Part shown: positions 52,558 through 61,809 of the stretch, one piece after another
How positions within the stretch are numbered: position 1 is the stretch's first letter
Layout: every line of letters starts with the position of its first letter
Origin: an uncultured Candidatus Saccharibacteria bacterium
GTDB taxonomy: Bacteria > Patescibacteriota > Saccharimonadia > Saccharimonadales > CAYLGV01
Reading direction: 5' to 3'
NCBI GenBank assembly: GCA_964394925.1
Contig: CAYMZG010000001.1
Span: 195,656-259,655, forward strand
Length of the DNA stretch: 64,000 nt
Program-made: the position numbers and the translations under genes
Notes under the pieces: generated by a model
The model's input: only the letters and a program-made list of their open reading frames with translations
Told to the model about the DNA's origin: nothing
The model's database searches: none

Positions 52558-53775
52558 TTATTGCCTGACAGCGGCTTCTAATTGATAGAAGTGATCAAGG
52601 GCATCTTCAAGTTGAGTCTGGCTACCCACATCTCCATGATATGCGTTAAACAATGTTGCAAAATGATTATTTGTACCGGTAACAAATTGTCGATATAAAG
52701 CCAGGGTTACAAGAACTGGTATCCTATATGGAACTTCTTGGGGCACACTGATCTCACCACGTGCATTACTTACAAGCATTGGACGTGCTAACGAGTGCTG
52801 TGCTAGAAATTCTGTCATGCCTTCGTTCACATCAAGACCAGCATGTCCTACGACGAGGCCGCAGCGCAATCCCGCTTGCGCAGATGTAGCATGGTGTAGT
52901 TCATGAGAAATGATGTGTGTAGCGTCTTCATGGCTACGACTTTGTGCTCCTTGGCTTATGCTGCCCTCATACTGAACTTCGACACGCAATGTGCCTGGAG
53001 CATAATCACCTGCCACACCTGTATCATGAGAGGTAATAAGCCCATCGAGATGATCATTACTCCCAAATGTAGCTCGCTCCAGTTGACCTTGTGCCCGCTC
53101 TAACATATCGGCACGTAAACCTGTTTCTTGGGCGAAACCCTCAATAACAGTTGCAACCTCATGCTTTGAGGCATTCAATACATCACCATATTCATTAAGT
53201 AGTTTTCGTTCACCTACTAATGAACGACCTGCGAGATAGGTAGCCAATATAATTGTTAGTTCTTCGCCATTTGATTCAGTAATCGCTGCAAGTAAGTCAT
53301 CTTTTTCGTCGTACTGCTCTGGTGTATGGGCGATTTCATAAATGCTTTTTCCTAGGCGTTCAGTAAAGTATTTATCTAGGCGTTGTGCCCATGGAAAGTT
53401 AGCCTTAATAAAGCCAGTCGCGTTCACAAAAAAGTTATGACCAATCGTCTGATCCTGCGGACCAATCGTCACTCTTGAGTTAAGATTCTGTATTGGCATC
53501 GTCATAACATCTGGGTGGCTTCTAAATAGTTGTAGTTCTGTACCATCTTGATATGCTTCTAAAATGGCTTCACGCTGTCCACTTAGCATACGGCCCACAT
53601 CCCGAACATGCGTAAAGCCTTGGTCAAAATCTACAAGAATTGCTTCAACATTTTGTGGCTCCGAAAGCTCCTGTGCAAGCATTGCGGTATCAGTCACACC
53701 TTGTTCATACTGACCCCGAATTCGAGTCTGCTCAATAGTTGGTTGAAATTGATTCACCTTCACATTAAATATCAT
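52558..53775 (-). CDS. hypothetical protein with gluzincin-type HExxH motif
   Basis: 405 aa. ISHELHHATS followed about 24 residues later by NEGMTEF. Confidence 0.5.
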   Translation of the reverse strand: MIFNVKVNQFQPTIEQTRIRGQYEQGVTDTAMLAQELSEPQNVEAILVDFDQGFTHVRDVGRMLSGQREAILEAYQDGTELQLFRSHPDVMTMPIQNLNSRVTIGPQDQTIGHNFFVNATGFIKANFPWAQRLDKYFTERLGKSIYEIAHTPEQYDEKDDLLAAITESNGEELTIILATYLAGRSLVGERKLLNEYGDVLNASKHEVATVIEGFAQETGLRADMLERAQGQLERATFGSNDHLDGLITSHDTGVAGDYAPGTLRVEVQYEGSISQGAQSRSHEDATHIISHELHHATSAQAGLRCGLVVGHAGLDVNEGMTEFLAQHSLARPMLVSNARGEISVPQEVPYRIPVLVTLALYRQFVTGTNNHFATLFNAYHGDVGSQTQLEDALDHFYQLEAAVRQ

Positions 53776-53972
53776 ACAACTTTGATGTTACTTTGTAAAT
53801 TATTCTTCCCTGAATTAACACTCAAAACGCGAATCTCTCAAACTTGAAGAGCTATGGGTATTCCCCGCACACGCTAGTTACAATAAATAGGACCTATGAA
53901 TGCTTATGGTTATGGTAAGATTTAGACAATCATGTTTGTCATATTCCATAATCATCGTAAAGTAATTACTCC

Positions 53973-54797
53973 ATGATCATTACACTTATAATTAGTGTCA
54001 TTGTGGTTGGACTGGCTATTGGCATGTTTATTTTGTTTAAGATAGCTCGGCTCCCTAAAGTTCAGCCAAAGAAAATCGTACTGGAACATACTCAAGTCGT
54101 GAACAATCATCTGTTTACAGTTCGCCAACAATTACACAACTATCTGAGTGATGTTCTTAATTTCTACTACCAAGGAGATGATAGCGCGCTTACGGTACGC
54201 CGACAGCATATCGCGGATGGGCTTAGTGAGGCGCAAAAGAGTCTGGACAAATTCAAAGAGGGTTATGAGCCGTACACTTCACGCAGTAGCGAGGCACAAT
54301 TTACACAAACCGCCAGCGCCTATCACACGGCTGCTCAGCAATTTATTGGACAACTCAATGAAGTGCTTGAAGATCTACAGGTGTTGCATCAATTAACAAC
54401 GGGGTTGCGGTCAATTGCCAAGCAGGCCGAATCACTTTCTCAATTCGTCGATGAGACCGACTCGGCCAAAAAAACTCAACTCAGTGATCAACTCACTGTT
54501 GTAATTCGGGCTTGCGAAGACCTAGTAGGTAATCAGACGGGGTCACTCAAACTCCCACAAAGTAAAACGGTCTATGAATCATTGCAAAATGCTATCCAAA
54601 CGTTACATGCAAGCTATCTTTCCGCGAAGAATCAACTCAGCAGTGATCCCTCACAATATTTCAGCACTATTAATGCTATTGAACCCTCGCATGTAGTGGA
54701 TAGCTCGAGCTATATTGAACTTTTTTCGCACCTCATTCGAGATACGCAGCTTGAACCATATCAGCAGGCAATCGATCAGCTGTATTATCGAGCGTAG
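53973..54797 (+). CDS. N-terminally anchored helical hypothetical protein
   Basis: 274 aa. TM helix MIITLIISVIVVGLAIGMFILF followed by Q/L-rich helical sequence. Confidence 0.5.
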   Translation: MIITLIISVIVVGLAIGMFILFKIARLPKVQPKKIVLEHTQVVNNHLFTVRQQLHNYLSDVLNFYYQGDDSALTVRRQHIADGLSEAQKSLDKFKEGYEPYTSRSSEAQFTQTASAYHTAAQQFIGQLNEVLEDLQVLHQLTTGLRSIAKQAESLSQFVDETDSAKKTQLSDQLTVVIRACEDLVGNQTGSLKLPQSKTVYESLQNAIQTLHASYLSAKNQLSSDPSQYFSTINAIEPSHVVDSSSYIELFSHLIRDTQLEPYQQAIDQLYYRA

Positions 54798-54813
54798 ATT
54801 AAGAGAGAAGAAA

Positions 54814-55110
54814 ATGAGCCAGCAAAGTACGATAACCATGAAAGATATAGAAGACGGCAATGCTGTCATAACGGGTATTTATGCCGTTGCCCGAGATGGT
54901 GGCAGTGTGTATTTTCAGATGAAACTTAATGACATAACCTATAGTTTGATTCTTGATCATCGTATGTACTCGGAAACAGACTCTGAATTTTATATTGGTG
55001 GTGGGTTGGGCACAGACAGTGCCGTGTCCTTGGGTAAGAGCGAAAAGCTGTATTCAGCAGTCGAGGAAGCACTCAAACAAAAGAGATATCTCAAGGTCGA
55101 CTTCGGGTAG
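54814..55110 (+). CDS. small hypothetical protein
   Basis: Start at ATG 54814 (purine-rich AAGAGAGAAGAAA upstream). 98 aa. Confidence 0.45.
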   Translation: MSQQSTITMKDIEDGNAVITGIYAVARDGGSVYFQMKLNDITYSLILDHRMYSETDSEFYIGGGLGTDSAVSLGKSEKLYSAVEEALKQKRYLKVDFG

Positions 55111-55127
55111 TGTATATTTCGCCAGAA

Positions 55128-55790
55128 TTATTTTCTTACAGCAGGTATGTTTGAGCACTCCGGCAGGTGATCGGGAATAGTTATTGTGGTGGCTGTTTGC
55201 TCAGCGGGTAGTGGTGCGGCAACATTCTCTCCTTCTGGTGGTAGAATGGCAGGTTGGGTGGTAGTTGTGGTCGATTCAACTGTGGTAGTTGTGGTTGTGG
55301 TTGGGACTGCGCGAGAGAGATCGGTCAGTGGTCCAGTCGCATTCTCGAGTGGTTTGGCAACTTTATTGTCGAGCAGTTCAGAGGCTTTTTGATTCGCCTC
55401 TGCTATAAATCGCTGAGATGCCTCGGCGGACACAACCCGGCTATTTCCAAGCAAACAGTCTCCAATACGGGCCGCGTGATCAAGATTTTCCTGCGTAGCC
55501 CGGTCGGCCTCCTCGATTCGCTCACCCGCTCGATAATCCGCATAACTAATTGCACTAATCGATACGCCGAGCGCGGCAAGCGCCGATACCCCAATTATGG
55601 CTACCACTTGGTGGAAAGGCCTTCTCTCAATAACAATCCTTGTAGTTTCGCTACTGGCGTCTGTTGTTTTCCTGACTGATCTAACTACCACTTGGCTTGT
55701 GCCTCCACAGGTTTTTGTATGATGCTTAGTATGAAGTTTCGCACGTCCAGCTACAAGCATATGCACCATTAAACTACATGTTATTTTCAC
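55128..55790 (-). CDS. membrane-anchored hypothetical protein with poly-Thr tract
   Basis: 220-aa ORF with TM helix VVAIIGVSALAALGVSISAI and a C-terminal TTTTTTT-rich segment. The start codon is uncertain. Confidence 0.45.
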   Translation of the reverse strand: MKITCSLMVHMLVAGRAKLHTKHHTKTCGGTSQVVVRSVRKTTDASSETTRIVIERRPFHQVVAIIGVSALAALGVSISAISYADYRAGERIEEADRATQENLDHAARIGDCLLGNSRVVSAEASQRFIAEANQKASELLDNKVAKPLENATGPLTDLSRAVPTTTTTTTVESTTTTTQPAILPPEGENVAAPLPAEQTATTITIPDHLPECSNIPAVRK

Positions 55791-55951
55791 AATGTGTTAC
55801 ACTACCCCACGTTAACAATTTAAATATACAGAGTGCAGCGAGAGATCTAGCTCTATGACCTGCCAGCAACCTGCTTCTTGGTTTACATGCCACAGTAAGG
55901 TGCTCCATCTAGCCCGCACAAGTGAGCGGGAAAGATATGAACTCATCCTTC

Positions 55952-55985
55952 ATCCTTTCTTGCCCACAGCATGTGCAGAAAGGAT
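55952..55985 (+). promoter_or_regulatory. SD-sequestering hairpin in the metK leader (ATCCTTTCT pairs with AGAAAGGAT)
   Basis: Perfect 9-bp complementarity between 55952-55960 and 55977-55985. The 3' arm contains the AAAGGA SD, 6 nt before ATG 55992. A second CATCCTT copy lies immediately upstream. Confidence 0.4.
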
Positions 55986-55991
55986 ATTTTT

Positions 55992-56963
55992 ATGTCAAAT
56001 TATCGAACCGCAGAGAGTGTGAGCCCCAAACACCCCGACAAACTATGCGATCAGATTTCGGATGCCATCTTAGATGCATTTCTGGAGCAAGACCCAACCA
56101 GTCGTGTTGCCGTTGAGACGGTAGGCGGGCATGGCAAGGTTTTTATAACGGGCGAGGTTACCTCCAATGGCAACGTGGAAATTGAGCCGATCGTTAAAAG
56201 ATTAGCTGGCGACGTTGATGTAACAGTGCATCTGGTTCAACAAAGTCCCGAGATAGCCCAGGGGGTTGATACTGGTGGGGCTGGCGATCAAGGCATCATG
56301 ATTGGCTACGCTACTAGTGAAACACCAGAGCTGCTTCCGCTTGAAGTGGTGCTCGCTCGTAAGCTTAACCAGTTCATATATGAGACATGGCCATACGATG
56401 GCAAGACACAGATCACGCTGCAAGATGGCAAGATTGTTGCGGTGGTGGCAAGTTTTCAGAATGCACCGCAAGCAAAGTTACAGAAGCGAGTGAAAGCTTG
56501 GCTCGAATCTGATCCACTGGCCAAAGCGGAGCCTGGTGTTGACCTGCATATCAACCCAGCTGGCGACTGGCAGCAAGGTGGTTTCGACGCCGATGCAGGC
56601 CTTACTGGTCGCAAGCTCATCGTGGACAACTACGGACCGCGGGTTCCCATTGGTGGCGGTGCTTTTAGTGGCAAAGACGCCAGTAAGGTTGACCGTTCAG
56701 CCGCCTATGTGGCACGTAAAATTGCTGTGGATTACCTACGTAAACGGCAAGCTAAAGAAGTATTGGTCGAGCTGGCTTATGCCATTGGCTATGATCAGCC
56801 ACTCGAGGCCAGTGTAACTATAGACGGCAAACAGGAACTTATTGCAGGCTATGATCTGTCGCCGAAAGGCATCATAACCCTACTTGATCTACGCCGCCCA
56901 CAATTTGAACAGACCGCCCGTTATGGTCACTTTGGTCACGCCGAGTTTAGTTGGGAGGTGTAA
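55992..56963 (+). CDS. metK: S-adenosylmethionine synthetase (compact 323-aa form)
   Basis: HPDKLCDQISDAILD, GAGDQGIMIGYA, GGGAFSGKDASKVDRSAAY and ARYGHFG motifs. About 60 aa shorter than the E. coli enzyme. Confidence 0.88.
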   Translation: MSNYRTAESVSPKHPDKLCDQISDAILDAFLEQDPTSRVAVETVGGHGKVFITGEVTSNGNVEIEPIVKRLAGDVDVTVHLVQQSPEIAQGVDTGGAGDQGIMIGYATSETPELLPLEVVLARKLNQFIYETWPYDGKTQITLQDGKIVAVVASFQNAPQAKLQKRVKAWLESDPLAKAEPGVDLHINPAGDWQQGGFDADAGLTGRKLIVDNYGPRVPIGGGAFSGKDASKVDRSAAYVARKIAVDYLRKRQAKEVLVELAYAIGYDQPLEASVTIDGKQELIAGYDLSPKGIITLLDLRRPQFEQTARYGHFGHAEFSWEV

Positions 56964-57043
56964 AAGCTGCAGCAATTTGCATGAAACTGGGAACGGGTGC
57001 ATAATCAGCTGTGAGTGGTGGGGTACTAAATAAGGAGGCCAAT

Positions 57044-57478
57044 ATGGCAGCACAACCTACATATCAACGACCAGTTGGGGTTACCCTTCTGGAAATCTAC
57101 GGCTTTGTCGTGGGTGCAGCAAACATCCTCGGGGGTATTTTGCTGATCATCAACCGTAATGACGGAAGACTTTTGACCGAGAGTTTTAACAACTCTGGGG
57201 CTCTCGTAACAGCAGGCGTTTTGGCAGTTTTGTTTGGCGCCCTGCAGATTGTTTTGGCGTACTTCCTTGGCCATGCCAGCAACTTTGTGCGCATGGTTTA
57301 CGCTGTTGTGGCAACCTTTAACCTTGCAATCGGCATTTGGGCGGCCGTTGCTTTGCACAGCACACAGCGTGCTAGTGGTATCGTAACTTCCCTGTTTGCG
57401 GGCTTGGTACTGTACCTACTGTTTAACCATCGTGCCGACGAGTACTTTGGTCACCCATACAAGCACGATCAAAAATAG
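57044..57478 (+). CDS. small 4-TM membrane protein
   Basis: AAGGAGG SD before ATG 57044 and four hydrophobic segments. Confidence 0.6.
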   Translation: MAAQPTYQRPVGVTLLEIYGFVVGAANILGGILLIINRNDGRLLTESFNNSGALVTAGVLAVLFGALQIVLAYFLGHASNFVRMVYAVVATFNLAIGIWAAVALHSTQRASGIVTSLFAGLVLYLLFNHRADEYFGHPYKHDQK

Positions 57479-57496
57479 CGTTTATAGCTACCAACT

Positions 57497-57525
57497 AAAA
57501 AACCGGCTGCAACAGTCGGTTTTTT
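57497..57525. terminator. bidirectional rho-independent terminator between convergent genes
   Basis: AAAAAACCGGCTG-CAA-CAGTCGGTTTTTT: an A-run and T-run flank a 7-bp stem with one G-U. Confidence 0.75.
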
Positions 57526-57532
57526 AGTTATG

Positions 57533-59119
57533 TTATTTTAGTATTTTGTCTGGAATGCCACGTGACAATACAATCACTAAGAGCGATAAAATAACCAAGA
57601 AGAAGGCCGATTCTTTAAGACTTTTTAGCTGGGACTGACTATAGATACTGGCAATTTGAGCGGCCTCATCGCTGGAAGCACCCTTACTCTCCGCATAGTT
57701 TTGTACATCCTTGGCTGGAACTATTTGTGCTGTTTTTACATTCTGATCAATGTAGCTCTTAGTGCTCGCCGGCAGTGAGCTGGCACTAACACTCGACAAA
57801 AAGCCGGTCGTAAGAGACGCCACCAGAACCGATCCAACCAGTGCCGTGCCAAGTGAAGAGCCAAGATTTTGAGCTGAACCTTGCAGGCCTCCAACCTCAC
57901 TGGACTCTGTTTCGTTGACAGCCGACATATTGACATTGCCGAGCTGTGATGCCAATAACCCCAGACCAATACCAATAATAAACATTGCTAATGCAAAGTT
58001 AAGCGAGGATAGGTTTACGTCCATAGACATCAGCAGCAGTACGCTACCGATAACCAGCGCATACTGACCATATCGAACAATCTGCTTTGGTGTATAGCGT
58101 GCTATCATACGCGATCCCGCTAGTGATGCCAAGATTAAAGCAACCGATAGTGGAAAAATTTTCATACCTGTTTGTAGCGCATTTAAGCCCAATACCATTT
58201 GTAGGTATACCGGCACCATGAAGAACACGCCCGCGGTAATCATGTACTGCGAAAGCAACACACTCAGGCCTGACCGTAGCTGTTTGATTGACAGCATGCC
58301 AACGTGAAGCAGCGGGTTGCCACCGTTTGCTTCGAGCTTCTTCTGACGATCATAAAACCAGATAAGCACTGCAAAACCAATGATAATCAGCCAGGCGACC
58401 AGCGAGATACCAAGTGGTGCCACTTCATGACCAAAGATCACTGGCTTTACATCACTCGGTTGCACCCAGCCCCACACCTTACTTTGCAGCATGCCGAAGA
58501 CAACAGCCGTCATACCAATCGCTGACAGGAGCGCGCTCAAAATATCAATTGGTGGCGTTTTTGGTGTTTTACTTACCTCGAAGCGACGCGACAGAATCAG
58601 GACGACAATCATAACAATGGTTTCGATCGCAAACACATAACGCCATGATAAGTACGTAGTCATAAAACCACCGATAAGTGGTCCGGCGGCAGCGGCAGCG
58701 CCACTAATACCACCAATAATGGCATAGGCAGCTACCCGGTCCTTACCCTTGTAATGCACCGCAACCAGCGCTGCAATGGCTGGAATAACCAGCACCGCAC
58801 CAAGCCCCTCAATAATTGACCAGCCCAAGAAGAGCTGGTTAATGTTTTGGCTGAGCGCTGTCATAAGTGAGCCAACGCCGTACACAACTGACCCGATAGC
58901 AAAAGCACGAAGCAAGCCCCACTTGGCGCATAACTTGGCGCCGATCAGCATGAGAGCAGCCATGGTTAACGTATAAAACGTGATCGCAGCCTGCATCGAA
59001 CTAACGGTTGTGTTCAGATCTTTAACAACAGTCGAGATTGAAACGTTCATAACGGTACTGTCGAGCACCATCACGAACTGAGCCAACGCCAAAATTGCAA
59101 CTACACGCCATTTTTTCAT
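57533..59119 (-). CDS. MFS transporter, 14-TM DHA2 (EmrB/QacA)-like drug:proton antiporter
   Basis: 528 aa with about 14 hydrophobic segments. N-terminal LAQFVMVLDSTVMNVS is typical of the DHA2 family. Confidence 0.82.
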   Translation of the reverse strand: MKKWRVVAILALAQFVMVLDSTVMNVSISTVVKDLNTTVSSMQAAITFYTLTMAALMLIGAKLCAKWGLLRAFAIGSVVYGVGSLMTALSQNINQLFLGWSIIEGLGAVLVIPAIAALVAVHYKGKDRVAAYAIIGGISGAAAAAGPLIGGFMTTYLSWRYVFAIETIVMIVVLILSRRFEVSKTPKTPPIDILSALLSAIGMTAVVFGMLQSKVWGWVQPSDVKPVIFGHEVAPLGISLVAWLIIIGFAVLIWFYDRQKKLEANGGNPLLHVGMLSIKQLRSGLSVLLSQYMITAGVFFMVPVYLQMVLGLNALQTGMKIFPLSVALILASLAGSRMIARYTPKQIVRYGQYALVIGSVLLLMSMDVNLSSLNFALAMFIIGIGLGLLASQLGNVNMSAVNETESSEVGGLQGSAQNLGSSLGTALVGSVLVASLTTGFLSSVSASSLPASTKSYIDQNVKTAQIVPAKDVQNYAESKGASSDEAAQIASIYSQSQLKSLKESAFFLVILSLLVIVLSRGIPDKILK

Positions 59120-59144
59120 CTTGCTGTAGATTATAGCCTATTTA

Positions 59145-59705
59145 TTACTTTCTACCTTGAGCTTTGCTAGCATCGGTATCTGTTGCTTCGCCATTGCTTG
59201 TATCGTGCATGGAGAGTGTCTTTTGCAAGACTTCGAGCACGCTCTGGGCGTGTTCCTTGCTCATACCAACTCGAGAAACTGCCATAGGCTGATTATTGCT
59301 GCCGGCAGTCTGCATGAAATTCATAATTACACCGTAATTGTTAACCATAATGTGTACCATATCGGTGTACACAATCGGCACATCATGACTGGCCTGAACA
59401 ATACCCTGCTGCAATTCTTCTTGAAGTGCATTACTACCGTTTTGGGTCGGTAATTCATCTCGGTCGTAGCCAGCCAGCTCCCAGAGCTTGGTCGCCATAT
59501 CTTCCTTGGTAGCAAAATGGCTAATAAGCAGAAGGAGGATATCTTCTTGAGGACGGGTACTGCCTTCCTCGATTGCATGAAGCGCCTCAGGCTCTATTTC
59601 GACAGCACCCGAAACCTCAACTAGCGACTCTTTACGTTTCTCACGCAAACGCTTCAACTGGTTACCAAGGGTTTTAAAGGGTAGGTCTTGTTTGGGCTCA
59701 CTCAT
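59145..59705 (-). CDS. XRE-family HTH protein with additional C-terminal domain
   Basis: LGNQLKRLREKRKESLVEVSGAVEIEPEALHAIEEG is an HTH_3-like segment. Adjacent to, and co-oriented with, the MFS gene. Confidence 0.65.
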   Translation of the reverse strand: MSEPKQDLPFKTLGNQLKRLREKRKESLVEVSGAVEIEPEALHAIEEGSTRPQEDILLLLISHFATKEDMATKLWELAGYDRDELPTQNGSNALQEELQQGIVQASHDVPIVYTDMVHIMVNNYGVIMNFMQTAGSNNQPMAVSRVGMSKEHAQSVLEVLQKTLSMHDTSNGEATDTDASKAQGRK

Positions 59706-59788
59706 ATGTACATTTCATGGTACACCCCTGGATGAATCGAGACAAGTACCTCCGATGATTGGCCTTCCGTCTAAGTATAAAGATAGGG

Positions 59789-59794
59789 TACTAT
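59789..59794 (+). promoter_or_regulatory. -10 hexamer TACTAT 6 nt upstream of ATG 59801 (leaderless candidate)
   Basis: TACTAT, then acctgt, then ATG. No SD. Confidence 0.35.
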
Positions 59795-59800
59795 ACCTGT

Positions 59801-60829
59801 ATGTTCATTCAGGATAATGTCCCACTACAAGCCTACTCAACCATGCACCTCGGTGGCAAAGCTGCCTACTTAAGTGAAGTTAATGATCGTTTTGAGATCC
59901 CTCGCTTACTCGCGTGGGCGCATGAAAGAAACTTGCCCGTTATTATGATTGGTGATGGTAGCAATGTGGTGTGGCGTGATGATGGCTTCCCCGGTCTGAT
60001 TCTGGTAAACCGTATTATGCGTTTTGAAATCTTCAAAGAAGATGAAATGGTCAGCTACGTCACGGTAGGCTCTGGTGAAAATTGGGACAATGTTGTTGCA
60101 CGTACGGTTAGTCTGGGTCTTAATGGAGTTGCTGAATTATCGCTCATTCCTGGTACGGCGGGAGCAACACCCGTTCAAAACGTTGGTGCTTACGGTCGGG
60201 AGATACAAGACATCTTGGTGACGGTTGAAGCCTACGATACAGAGTCTCAACAATTTATTACTATACCCGCCTCCGAATGTGCCTTTGGCTATCGGACCAG
60301 TCGCTTTAAGACAACTGATAAAGGTCGTTTTTTCATAACCGCTATCACTATGATGCTCCGTCAGGAGAACGGCCAGCCACCGTTTTATGAGGCACTACAA
60401 GCATATTTTAATGAACATAACGTTACCAATCCGAGCCCCGAAGCTATTCGTAACGCCGTTATCGAAATCCGAAGCAATAAGCTGCCCGATCCAAAGGTAG
60501 TTGCTAATAATGGTTCATTCTTTGCCAACCCGATCATTAGCGAGGACCAGTTGTTCAGCTTGCGACAATCCTATCCTGCTATTAAAGCCTGGCCTACTGA
60601 TGATAATCGCTTTAAAGTATCGGCTGCCTGGTTGATTGAAGAAGCTGGGTTTAAAAACATGCACGACAGCGAAACAGGCATGGCAACCTGGCCAAAGCAA
60701 CCACTTGTACTCGTGAATGAACATGCCAATAGTACCGCTGACTTGCTTACATTTAAACAAAAAATACTTGATGCCGTTCTAGCAAAATTTAACATTACGC
60801 TTGAGCAAGAACCTGAATTATTACCATGA
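59801..60829 (+). CDS. murB: UDP-N-acetylenolpyruvoylglucosamine reductase
   Basis: Start at ATG 59801 (MFIQDNVPLQAYSTMHLGG). GDGSNVV, PGTAGATPVQNVGAYG, FGYRTSRFK and GSFFANP motifs. Confidence 0.87.
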   Translation: MFIQDNVPLQAYSTMHLGGKAAYLSEVNDRFEIPRLLAWAHERNLPVIMIGDGSNVVWRDDGFPGLILVNRIMRFEIFKEDEMVSYVTVGSGENWDNVVARTVSLGLNGVAELSLIPGTAGATPVQNVGAYGREIQDILVTVEAYDTESQQFITIPASECAFGYRTSRFKTTDKGRFFITAITMMLRQENGQPPFYEALQAYFNEHNVTNPSPEAIRNAVIEIRSNKLPDPKVVANNGSFFANPIISEDQLFSLRQSYPAIKAWPTDDNRFKVSAAWLIEEAGFKNMHDSETGMATWPKQPLVLVNEHANSTADLLTFKQKILDAVLAKFNITLEQEPELLP

Positions 60830-61100
60830 TCGCGAGTGGCTACTCACATAAGCCGGTCTTAAAAAGCGCGGATTTTGTACTGAGCACATCATTCGATACA
60901 ATAGAGTAAGGGTTACGGTTCAGCTGGCCAAAGCGAGCTTCAAATGTACCGACTGATCTTACCGAGCAAAGTTTTCAAAACATACTATTGCCGTTGGGAT
61001 GGGTTGATACCAAGCTCACAGCCATTGACCAAACTTGGAACGGCATAAAATTCTTACGCCGTCGCACATAAACACAAAGTAGAAAAACCAGGAGGTGATC

Positions 61101-61799
61101 ATGGCTTATGAAAGCATGGTTTGCGATGATATTGACGTCGATGTGATCGAATCAATTGAAGCACATTTAACAACTGATGAAATCGAACAATCTCGTGAAC
61201 GAGTTTTTAGAGGTATCGCGGCTCACTGGGTCCTAGAAGGACTGCAACTGCCAGAATCACTCGATGTACCTGGAGTGCTCTCTTGTGATAACTCGAGTGA
61301 GCTACCGACTGAAATGCCAGAAGACTTAGCCGTGGTAGCCTTTCAAGATTATACCTACAAACAGGCTGAAGCCGTTGCAGACGCACTAGCCGCTTTAGAT
61401 CAAAAAGATGATGAAGCAACATTGATTGCGGGTGCAGCTCAAGCGCTTTCCCTCGAAGCACATAAACGCCTCGGCGGCTTTGTCAGCATTCTTGATGCAA
61501 TGGATACGCCAAGCGATGAAGTCTTAACGCTTTTAGACTATGAACCACATCGGTATGCATATACCGTTACTTCTCTGGGGAACCATTTACGCGGTAAAGG
61601 TGTTGCCGATAGCGACGCACTAACTGAAGTCACCACGCAAAGTACACTCATCGCGCGGATGCAGATTATTACCGAACGAGATGCGACGAGCGATCTGTTG
61701 GCTGGCAAGCCAATGCAAACACCACTGCCACTGTTACCGAGCGAAAAGCCAAAGGGCATACGTGGTAGGATACGCAATTTCTTCACGCTTGAGGTGTAG
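61101..61799 (+). CDS. acidic hypothetical protein
   Basis: AGGAGG SD 5 nt (tgatc) before ATG 61101. 232 aa, no recognised motif. Confidence 0.55.
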   Translation: MAYESMVCDDIDVDVIESIEAHLTTDEIEQSRERVFRGIAAHWVLEGLQLPESLDVPGVLSCDNSSELPTEMPEDLAVVAFQDYTYKQAEAVADALAALDQKDDEATLIAGAAQALSLEAHKRLGGFVSILDAMDTPSDEVLTLLDYEPHRYAYTVTSLGNHLRGKGVADSDALTEVTTQSTLIARMQIITERDATSDLLAGKPMQTPLPLLPSEKPKGIRGRIRNFFTLEV

Positions 61800-61809
61800 T
61801 TACGGCTTA

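Noticed and set aside
51575-55790. Prophage or integrative element inserted at tRNA-Arg(UCG)
   Set aside because: No integrase, recombinase, capsid, terminase or conjugation gene is present, and no repeat of the tRNA 3' end was spotted. It is kept only as a low-interest possible remnant.
55791-55991. Assignment of the metK leader to a specific known SAM riboswitch class (SAM-I, SMK box, SAM-VI)
   Set aside because: I could not align the leader to any consensus I remember. Only the SD-sequestering helix is directly visible, so it is reported only as a candidate regulatory hairpin.
60830-61100. 265-nt intergenic region after murB as a small gene or ncRNA
   Set aside because: The only frame, 33 codons from ATG near 60944, lacks an SD or an abutting -10 element and has odd composition. 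No convincing conserved-looking secondary structure was seen.
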